Shown here in pieces: positions 23,809 to 33,321 of a DNA stretch of 33,321 nucleotides. How positions within the stretch are numbered: position 1 is the stretch's first letter; each line of letters opens with the position of its first letter. Origin of the DNA: Welwitschia mirabilis (Eukaryota); NCBI GenBank assembly GCA_051453625.1, contig JBOZIK010000001.1:10959041-10992361 (forward strand). The letters are read 5' to 3'. Both the position numbers and the translations under genes were made by a program. The notes beneath the pieces were generated by a model. It was not told the DNA's origin, did no database searches, and saw only the letters and a list, made by a program, of their open reading frames with translations.

Positions 23809-24872
23809 TGTTGCTATACTAAATTGTATGTATCTCATTTCTTTTAGCTAGAATCTTTGAATAGACTATCATCCGCTATGTTATCTAGATTATATCTAGG
23901 ACGATATAGATGCTAACTTAAACTAAAAATATAGGGCTGACTATGGGGCTAGAAGCCGACGACTCATCTCTTATTATAGGGTATTATTCCCAGTGTCATG
24001 TAGACAATAGTAAGCATGACAACTATTTTGTATGAATAGAATTTTATTAATTTTGTAATGATATCATACACCCTATATGAATCACTAGGGTTTATTCTCC
24101 AACTTCTAGGGTTTTCCTTCTAGGAAACTATAAATAGCCTCTTGTCTTTACTCTCATTTTCATCTTTGGTACTAGATATTCTTATGATAAGAGATTGAAG
24201 GACATGAGGTCCATCCATAGCTACAAAGAGAAGTCTTCCTTAATGTTGGGCTAAGTATACTTTATTGAGGTGTTGCTAATTTGTTTATAAGTGAATTTTA
24301 AATCATAATTAATACAAGAACTTGTTTCACTTCTATTGTGTAAACCTCCCTTATGGTTTAAGTAGATTATGATTCTATGATAGCTTCATACTTTATCTAG
24401 ATCATAAAAGTAGCCTTTGTTAAACTTGACATTGTTAATTTAAACCTTGGATTTTATTTTATTCCATTTCCATATTTCATTTATTTATATTCCATTTGAT
24501 GTATCCTATAGCTTATGTTAGTTAGGAATAAGTAATAGCTCTTCCTAATTGATCGAAGTTTTAAGGGATGATCTTTGTAACAGAAGGATTATTAATCAAA
24601 TAGATTCATTACACCTGCATTTCATCCATTTGCATTTTATCATCATTTATCTTACATTAAATTTTCATTATTTTCTATATTTATGTAGTAAAAGGAAAAA
24701 GACTAAAATTACCTTGTTTAAATAAATTCTCTAACTTTTATCCTAGTACCTTCAATGGATTATGACATTAGGGTTAACTCCTATTTATACTAGTGTGTGT
24801 TTTTCTATAAGTATTTGTGATTTATAGGATCTACTTAAGGACTTCAATATTGCACAATTACACATTACAAGA
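23809..24872 (+). repeat. 3' LTR of element 1 (1064 bp; ~177-bp U3 deletion)
   Basis: Starts TGTTGC, ends ACAAGA followed by TATTA TSD. After 27 bp it jumps to the equivalent of position 7448. TATAAATA at 24129-24136. Confidence 0.92.
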
Positions 24873-24984
24873 TATTACTTGGTAATATATCGAATTCTTC
24901 TTAGACATATCATTAGAAGGAGCCTTCTTTAACATCAAATTAAAAATTTTTATGTCTAATAAAATATAGTTGTCCATCAATGTC

Positions 24985-24996
24985 AAAGAGGAATAT
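24985..24996 (+). promoter_or_regulatory. Terminal polypurine tract of Sirevirus element A
   Basis: AAAGAGGAATAT followed by TGTT is a decayed AAAGGGGGAGAT-TGT, preceded by TTGTCCATCAAT as in Sirevirus pre-LTR junctions. Confidence 0.8.
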
Positions 24997-26071
24997 TGTT
25001 AAGTTTTATTGCCAAATTGATATTAAATTAACATACTTGGTATAGGTTAATATGGTTCAAATATCTCAGGTAAATAAAGTTTTTACAATTCAAACGTAAA
25101 TCAACATCTTTTTCAAACTCTATTTAACCTAGAAAAGTGATAATATTGATAAGGGATCGATTAAATCCCAGTGGGTTTAACCAAACCTTGACCTAATATT
25201 ATTTATCAAAATTTGCAAGGGGTTGGCTAGACCTCATAAAGGGTCAATTGGATTTAGACCAAATGTTGTCAACAAGACTCTAGATGGGGTTGACTCAATC
25301 ATGTGATGTAAGATAATCAGGTTAACTAAAATAAAGTGAAGTCTACCAACTTCAGTAACAGTAACTAATGGTATAAACCAGATGATTTAACCAACCAACT
25401 AGCTATAATGAAAATGGAACTTTTTCATGTTACTTTCAAGCCATTAGCCTTTCAATACCTAGTTGTTAAAATGATAGGTTTTTTTCAATGTATAAAATAT
25501 GTCTCCTATATAACCTTAATGAATAGAAGTCCTTAGCATGGATTTTTTTTAGTTAGGGAAAAAAATGGCACTCTTGTACTATTGATAGTTATTCTTAATT
25601 AAAAAGGAATTCATTACACTATAAGAGCTTGTACTTGTAACTTCTTGTAAAGTAGTGCAGTCCATCTCTCTTGTACTACAAATCTAGTGAAGCTAGTTCA
25701 TTCCAGTATGCTCTCTTCTCACCAAGATATTTGCTTTATAATGATTAATATTGAGCTTTGATTGTAAAGATTAGTGATTGAACTAGAAATCTAAAAAGAA
25801 AGTAACAAGGATCTAGATCAGCTTAAGGTTAAAGTTGATAGTCGAGAGTAAAGTAGGATGATTCTCTTAAACCAATATAAATCATTTCATTAGAGGTTTA
25901 TCTTAGGTATTTTCATTTTATTTATTTTCTTATTCTTTTATTCATATAATTTTCATTTAATAGTAGTTAGTCTTTATTTCAAATATGTTATCATTTTCTT
26001 ATGATCATTTATAAAAGATATTTTTATTTGTAAAACTTCTTTACCCTTCTTTAGAATTTGTAGATCCTTTA
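24997..26071 (+). repeat. 3' LTR of Sirevirus element A (~1075 bp)
   Basis: Starts TGTTAAG after the PPT, colinear with 1-853. CTATATAA at 25506-25513. Ends GATCCTTTA with no PBS downstream. Longer palindromic-motif region (25156-25400) than the 5' LTR. Confidence 0.9.
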
Positions 26072-26719
26072 ATTTCTTATGATATTCATCTATTTTCCAT
26101 GATCAGAAGTCTTATCTGAAGGTGGACAACTTAAAGCTAAACATATCTATTTGACCTCTATCTTCTTTTGTTAGTATAAATAGTTTGAAATCTATAACAA
26201 AAGTAATCATAAAAAAGATATACAAAGAGAGATAAAGAAATATTATAAGGATATCAATCCCATATGTTTATTTCTAATATAAAATAAGGATATTCATATT
26301 ATCCTACTGTACCATAACTTGATGCTCAATGTAAGATAGGCATACCATCATTAAAACCTCTATCTAAGTCATCTCTCTAAGCTCTAAAATAGAGCATCAT
26401 CTATATTTTATTTTAAGTGGACACTTTATTAAGTGTTTATTTACATTATAAAGTTGTTTAAAACTAAAGAAACTAGAAGGCTATAGTTTATTTATTGCCC
26501 TTGAGAGTGGAGTAGGTTAATTAGCTGAACCACTATAAAATTGCTAGTGCATCTATTTTTAGTACTTTAAGCTTCTTTCTAATTTATTATTATTAATGTT
26601 TTTATTTATGCTACTAAATTTAGACTCTAATCTAAGTAAGTCAGTTTTAAGTTCTAGTTTAATAAAGTATTTTTTTAATACATCATCCCTATTCACCTCC
26701 CCCCAAGGTGATTATTTCT
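26072..26719 (+). mobile_element. 3' portion (U3 end, R, U5) of an LTR from a second Sirevirus/copia family (solo or 3' LTR)
   Basis: TATAAATAG ~26175. GAGAGTGGAGTAGG...GAACCACTATAAA at 26503-26539 (cf. 628-665). CCCTATTCACCTCCCCCCAAGG at 26687-26708. Otherwise not alignable to element A LTRs; no PBS follows. Confidence 0.72.
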
Positions 26720-29700
26720 AGTTTAATAAAGAATAATTAGTTGATTATTTCTATAGTAAATTGAATACTCAAACTAAATAACTTGTAGATGTTTCTTGTG
26801 ATGGTAACTTGATGAACTTAGTTTTAGAGGAGGCATGGAATGTGTTGGAGAACCTAGTAAAGATAATTTAAACTTGGCCTAAATCCACTAAAAATAAAAG
26901 TAAAAAATCAAACTATATGCCAAACCATAAAATATTTAAAGGAGGTAAAACATAATAAAGAAGTAGAGAGAGGTGATTCAATCAACTTAATTAAGGATTT
27001 TAGTACTACTTTAGAGAAGTACCCTCAAATAATTATTGATGCAAAGGTAGTAAAAGATGAAAACACAACTTCAACATGTGATACTTGTGAAGAGAACTCT
27101 TACCAAACTAAAGAGTATCCCTTGTTACCAACTTATAAAGAAAGAATGTTTAAGGAGATGTATACATTGAACTAAAGAACACCTAACTTTAAAGGTCAAT
27201 CACAATTTTAATAAAGATTAGTTGGACAATCAAAGTGGAAACCTTTTGAAAAAATATTTCGGAATTTAAAATTTTAAATAAATAATCTCAATTTTCAACA
27301 AAATCAAAATGATCCTTGAACAAGATACAAGAAAAGACTAATAGCAATATTGAGACTCTAGTAATTATGCTTTAACAAACAATGCTTATCAATCAAAAAC
27401 CATCAGGAACTCTTGCATCTTAACCTTTATCTAACCCAAACAAAGTTAAGAAAAATTTAAAGGTACTAATAAAAAGTGGAAATGATACAACACCTTCTAT
27501 CCCTGAGGTTTCAACTTCCAAAAACAATAAAAAGAATGAAGAAGATGATGTATAAATTTTAGACTCATATAACTTCATATTAACATCATATGCTAAAACC
27601 TCTACTAAAAAATCTTCACAAAAAAACAAAGAAAAGAAATCATATACTCCTTGGCTTGATAGATTAAACATGCATCCTACCTATGATGACAACTTCAAAA
27701 CCTTGATGTAAGAGGTAAACATCAACTTTAATTTTTGGAAGCTCTTGTAAGAAAATCCTTTGTGAAAAGACCTAGTAAGAAGAAAATAAAAATGTGCCAT
27801 TCCTAGTAAATTTTTTTTGCTCAATCTATTTCCAACTTAGTTATGAGAAAATGTCCAAAATTCAAAGATCCTAGAGCAGCAACTGTGAGTATTACCTTGA
27901 AAGAAAACAAAAGAATTCAAAAAATTTTAATTGATATAGGAGCTAGCATAAACATCATGCCTTTTCACATATGTAAAAGGCTTGGATTAAAAAATAGAGT
28001 GAACCTACACAAATTATCTTGAAATTGGCTAATACTTTAATTAAGAAACCCTTAGGGATTATCAAAGATCTAGTCATCCAAATAGAGGATGCTTTTTACC
28101 CCATGGATGTAGTCATCATTAAGGTAGAACATGTTGGAGGTTATTTACTACTTTTAGAAAGAGCCTTTTATGCAACTGCTCACTATATCATTGACACATA
28201 AACTAGGATGATAAAATGTCATATAGACAATAAAAAGTTTTCCATTTGCATCTTTGATGCTATTGAAAAAGAAATAGAAGATGAGTTTAACTTAGAAGAA
28301 AAACTTAAACCAACCTTATTTTTACAACATCAGGAGAGATTAATAATGCTATATGAACCAACTTTGTATGATGACTCAACTAAAACACATTATCTTGATT
28401 ATGAGAATGAGGAATATTTCAATGAAAAGCAACATGTTTACTTGCTAGAAAACCTATTTGCAAAGTATCCTTCCACATTTGTCGCCTTCACAATAGACAG
28501 GATGATAGTTGAAAATTTTAACTTAGAACTTAAGGATTTGCCTAAAGGTCTAAAATACATTTTTCTATCAAATAACATGAAGAAACACCTAATAATAAGT
28601 GACCTTCTTACTCCTTAATAAGAATCCAACTTGATCTCACTCCTAACTTCTAAAGAAGATGCTTTTTCTTAGACTCATAAAGACTTAGTGGTCATTCCTC
28701 TTTCCATGGTTTAATACAAAATTCACTTTAAGGATAATGCTAAAACTATTAGCAAACCCTAAAAAAAGCTTAACCTAGCCCTTAATAAAGTAGTTAAGGA
28801 TTAAATTATTAAACTTATGAATGTCAAGATCATCTACGCTATATTCAATAGTAAGTGGGCTAGCCCTTTGACAGAAGTTCTAAAAATAAGGGGGAAATAG
28901 AGAATGTTCATGGATTTTATAAAAATTAATGAGGTCACTAAAAAGAATCATTGCCATTTGCCCTTTCTTGATTAAGTACTTGACAGAATCCAAGGTCATG
29001 CCTAGTATTGTTTTCTTGATGGATATAATAGCTATAATCAAGTTTTCATAGCAAGTGAAGATTAGACAAAATAATCTTTAACTAATATTTTGGAATCTTT
29101 ACCTTTAGATGAATGCCCTTTGGACTTTGAAATACCCTTGGAACTTTCCAATGAGAAATGATGATAATCTTTTCTGATATGATAGAGGATTCTATTAAAA
29201 TCTTTATGGATGACTTTTCCATTTTTGGTAAAACCTTAAAAAAAACCATAGAAAGATTAGAGAAAGCCTTGGATCAATGTATAGAGAGTAACCTAAATTT
29301 AAGTTAGAAAAAGAATATTTTTGTTATTAATTATGAAATTGTTTTGGGTCACCACATTTTGAAGGAAAGGATTAAGATGGAACCTACAAAAGTTGATATC
29401 ATTAAAAACCTTAGCCCTCCAATCAATGTCAAACAAGTTAGATCATTTCTTGATCATGATAATTTCTATCATCATTTTATTTATGATTATGCCAAAATAT
29501 GTAAACCTTTTTACTCATTACTTAAAAAAGATGCTAGATTTAATTAGAACAATTCATGTCAATTTTCATATAAACACTTAAGAAAAACATGTCTTCTAAA
29601 CCTATTATCAAGGGTTTTAATAGGACTAAATATTTTAAACTCATGGGTGATGTAAGCAATGTTGGTATGGATGGGGTTCTTGGCCAAAAATATAAAAATT

Positions 29701-31412
29701 GTTTTTAAGTTATATTCTCTCTTAGTAAAACTTTGTCCAAAGCCCAATCCAACTATACTATTATCAAGAGAGAAATGCTTGCCATGATATTTTTTTCTTG
29801 ATCATCTTTGATATTATCTTTTTGGCTTCCACATTAATGTTTATATAGATTATGCAGCTATACTCTATCTTATGACTGAAAAAGATTCTAGTACCAGACT
29901 TATTAGGTAAATCCTTCTCATGTAAGAATTTAATCTTACCATCATCAATAAAGATGATAAACATAATAGTATTGCAGATCACCCATCTCAAATTTCTTAT
30001 TATTATGATAAACTTCTCATAAATGACTCCTTTCCTGGTGAACAATTATTTGCTATAGAATAACTTTTTGTCATTTCTTCTACTCATCTCACTCCTTGGC
30101 ATGCTAATATTGTGAACTACCTTGTCAGTATAAAAACACCTTAGCATTAGAATCATAACCAAGGAAAATCTTTTCTCCATAGGATTCGTGACTATGAGTG
30201 GAATGAAACCCATCTTTATGGAATATGCAAAGACCAAATCATATGTAAATGTGTGCCTTAATCGAAAAGCTTAGAAATCCTTAACCTTTACCATGGTGAA
30301 ATATGTGGTGGATACTTTAGTAGCCAAAAGATGACAATAAAAATTCTCCACTTTGGTTTTTATTGAATAACTCATTTGAAAGATTCATTTAACTTTGCTA
30401 GAAGGTGTGATGCTTAGCAATGTTATGGTAGCCTAATTCATTTTAAAGATATGTTCCTTAAACCTATACTTGAATGTAAACCTTTTGATTATTAGGGGAT
30501 TAACTTTATAGGTCTTATAAAACTAACTTCTCATAATAAAAGTTACCATTGATTATGTTACTAAGTGGGTCGAAGCTTTTTTTTTACTCCTAAAAATAAT
30601 CCCTGAACTATTTATAATTTTGTTTGAACTCATATCTTTTAATGTTTTGGTTTTCCAGTAATTATTAGCAATTAATGAACTTATTTTATTAATTACCTTT
30701 TCAAAAACTTCTTTTATCTATTGGCATTGAACATAGAATTGCAAGTACTTATCATCCTCAAATTAATGGCCAAGCCAAAAATGCAAATAGAGAAATCAAA
30801 AAGATGCTCCAAAAATTAGTCTTTATCAATAAGAAAACTTGGTCTTCTAAACTTAATGATTGTTCTTTAGGCTTACTATACTACTTGGAACATCTCTCTA
30901 GGTTTCTCACCTTATGAACTTATATACAGGAAGATTTGTGTCTTGTTAGTTGATGTTTGCTATAACTCCTATCAATTCATTCATTAACTTAACCTTGTCA
31001 ACTTGGATGAAAATCTTATAACTCGATTAAATCAACTTAACCATTTAGATGAAAAGCGTACTTATGCCATACATTGTGAACTCATTCATAAAGCCTAAGC
31101 CAAGTTTAAACATGACCAAAAATTCTCCATAAGCAATTTGAACCTGGTCAACTTATCCTTTTATACAATACTTAAGTACACATTTTACACAAAAATTTAA
31201 CTTCTAAATGGTTATATCTTTATCTTATAGAAAAAGTACATTATAATGGCTTAGTTAAAATATCCGATCTAAACATTAGGGAAATTCAAAAGGTTAAAGG
31301 ATAAAGGTTAAAAATTTATGAATCATCTACTAATGAAACCTTGAACATGATAGAAGAACTTGTCTTGGAAGCCCCTCTTAATAAGGATAATCTTCCTCTT
31401 GCCATTATCTAA
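26720..31412 (+). pseudogene. gag-pol: 5'-truncated Athila-like gag-pol pseudogene (element 3), same family as element 1
   Basis: Homology to element 1 starts mid-gag (26720 ~ 16795). PR LIDIGASINIMP ~27927, NLELKDLPKGLKYIFL, RT KIFMDDFS ~29197, INT YHPQINGQ ~30749, C-terminus ...ETLNMIEELVLEAPLNKDNLPLAII* (TAA 31410-31412). Its 3' UTR runs into the gap at 31463. Confidence 0.92.
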
Positions 31413-31562
31413 ATTCATTCTTAACTCATTCCTTGGGTAGACATTATGCTATCACTTAAATANNNNNNNNNNNNNNNNNNNNNNNNNNNNNNNNNNNNNN
31501 NNNNNNNNNNNNNNNNNNNNNNNNNNNNNNNNNNNNNNNNNNNNNNNNNNNNNNNNNNNNNN

Positions 31563-33321
31563 AAGACATTTTCTTGAGCCTAAGGATAAGGAATATGTCA
31601 ACTGGAAAAAAACTTAACATCTTAACTTGGTTGAAAATATTTTTATAGAGTCTTGTCCTATATCTTTCATTCCCTGGATAGATAGAATGATAAGTGAAAA
31701 TTCCAACCTAGAACTAAAGGAGTTTCCCTAAAGTCTAAAATATATTTTCCTATCCAATAATCCAAAGAAACCTTAGATAATAAGTGACCTTCTTACTTCT
31801 TAATAAGAATTCAACTTGATCTCACTATTAACTTCTAAAGAAGATGCCTTTGCTTAGAGCCATAAAGACTTAACTATCATCCCTCTTTCCATAGTTGAAT
31901 ATAAAATTTACTTTGAAGATAATGCTAAACCTATTAGGTAACCTTAATGAAGACTCAACCCAGCACTTAAGCAAGTAGTTAAAGATGAAATTATTAAACT
32001 TATGGATGTTAGGATCATCTATGTTGTATGTGATAGTGAGTGGATCAGTCCTTTGATAGTAGTTCCAAAAAAGAATGGAAAACAGATAATGTGCACTGAT
32101 TCTAGAAAACTTAATGAGGTCACCAAAAAGGATCAGTGGCCTTTACCCTTTCTTGATCAAGTGCTTGATAGAATCCAAGGTCATACCTACTATTATTTTA
32201 TTGATGGTATAGTGGCTATAATCATGTTTGCATAATAAGTAAAGACCAAGCCAAAACAACCTTTCCTCATCTTTTGGAATCTTTGGCTTTAGATGAATGC
32301 CTTTTGAATTTTTCAATGTCCTTAGAACTTTTTAAGAAGTAATGATTAGAATCTTTTCTGACATAATTAAGAATTCTATTGAAATATTTATGGATGACTT
32401 CTCCATCTGTGATGAAACCTTTTAATAAATCATAGAAAGATTAGAGAAAGTCTTAGATCTATGTATAGGAAGTGGCCTACATTTGAGTTGGAAAAAGAGT
32501 TTTCTCCTTATTAAACAAGGAATAGTTTTAGGTCACCACATTTTGAAGGAAGGGATTAATATAGGCCCTATAAAAGTTGATATCATTAAAAACCTTAGCA
32601 CTCTAATCAATGTCAAACAAGTTAGGTTATTCCTTAGTCATGTTGAATTTTATCGTTATTTTATTCATGATTATGCTAAAATTTATAAACTCCTTTACTC
32701 ATTACTTGAAAAAGATGCTAAATTTAACTAAATATTTTAAACTTATGTATGATTCAAGCAACATTGTTATGGATCGGTTCTTACCCAAAAATATAAAAAT
32801 GGTTTTAAAGTCATATCCTATCTTAGTAAAACTTTATCCAAAGCCCAATCCAACTATACTACTATTGAAAAGTAAGTGCTTGCCATCATCTTTTACTTTG
32901 ACCAACTTTGACATTATCTTCTTAGCTTTCACATCAATGTTTACACAAATTATGCAACCATATGCTCTCCTATGACTAAAAAGTATTCTAGTGCTAGACT
33001 TATTAGGTGGATCCTTCTCATGTAAGAATTAAATCTTACCATCACCGATAAGGCTAGAAAACATAATAGCATTACAGATCACCTATCTCAACTTTTTTCC
33101 CTCATGATGAACTTTCCATAAATGACTTCTTTCCATATGAATAACTATTTGGTATTGAAAAATCTTATGTCATCTCTTCCACTCATCCTACTCATTTATA
33201 TGCCGGTATTGTGAACTACCTTATTACTATGAAAACACCTCAGCATTGAAACCATAACCAACAAAAATCTTTTCTCTATAGGATCAATGATTATAAATGG
33301 AATAACTTTATAGTAGATGCA
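31563..33321 (+). pseudogene. pol: Athila-like pol fragment (linker, RT, RNase H, start of integrase), element 4, runs off window end
   Basis: DSEWISPLIVVPKKNGKQIMCTDSRKLNEVTKKDQWPLPFLDQVLDRIQG, EIFMDDFS 32381, GIVLGHHI, ARLIRWILL ~32993. Colinear with 28383-30230 but clearly a distinct diverged copy. Confidence 0.92.

Larger units (their letters stand above)
7244..24872 (+). mobile_element. Ty3/gypsy non-chromovirus, Athila-like LTR retrotransposon, decayed full-length element 1 (contains nested element 2)
   Basis: LTRs 7244-8480 and 23809-24872 share subtype-diagnostic sequence (AAACTAAAA.TATAGGGCTGACTATGGG). Asp-type PBS, gag-PR-RT-RH-INT order, PPT, TATTA TSD. Confidence 0.9.
1..26071 (+). 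mobile_element. Ty1/copia LTR retrotransposon, Sirevirus (SIRE1-like) lineage, decayed full-length element A, interrupted by nested gypsy insertion 7244-24872
   Basis: Homologous LTRs at 1-853 and 24997-26071. Decayed Met-i PBS, copia domain order gag-PR-INT-RT-RH (919-5510), env-like ORF, multiple PPT-like tracts and a C-rich U5 motif are all Sirevirus hallmarks. The window starts ~16 bp inside the 5' LTR (pos 3 AATTGATATTAAA aligns with 25015). Confidence 0.9.

Noticed and set aside
29559..30237. Minus-strand ORFs here and at 3748-3966, 19920-20147 and 27420-27671, some similar to each other
   Set aside because: They are antisense shadows of gag-pol; their similarity simply follows from DNA paralogy between pol copies.
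1..33321. Fungal RIP as the cause of the transition excess
   Set aside because: The elements are plant-type lineages (Sirevirus, Athila-like). CpA/TpG are abundant while CpG is lost, which fits methylcytosine deamination rather than CpA-targeted RIP.

Overview
Very AT-rich, almost CpG-free land-plant heterochromatin made up almost entirely of old, decayed LTR retrotransposons. All lie on the + strand and are nested inside one another. I see no intact host gene, RNA gene or CRISPR array; the ORF-track entries are pseudogene fragments or shadow frames. Reconstruction: (i) a Ty1/copia Sirevirus (SIRE-like) element A spans ~1-26071 (5' LTR, Met-i PBS, extended gag, pol, palindromic array, env-like ORF, several PPTs, 3' LTR). 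(ii) An Athila-like Ty3/gypsy element 1 (7244-24872) sits in its pre-3'LTR region, flanked by a perfect TATTA target-site duplication. (iii) A non-autonomous relative, element 2 (8640-15752), sits in the 5' UTR of element 1. Its gag-pol core is replaced by ~1.7 kb of unrecognised acidic coding-like sequence, between a retained gag N-terminus and a retained integrase tail. (iv) The 3' part of a second Sirevirus-type LTR (26072-26719) abuts a 5'-truncated Athila-like gag-pol (element 3, 26720-31462). (v) A further pol fragment (element 4, 31563-33321) follows a 100-N gap. I cannot support a new biological system in the strong sense. The best leads are the chimeric cargo ORF of element 2, a decayed CpG-rich palindrome/hairpin motif dispersed through the gypsy family, an Athila-like RT lacking the usual Athila insertion, and a nest of up to five layers with similar LTR divergence. 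All alignments and counts were done by eye, so boundaries are approximate unless a terminal motif is quoted.
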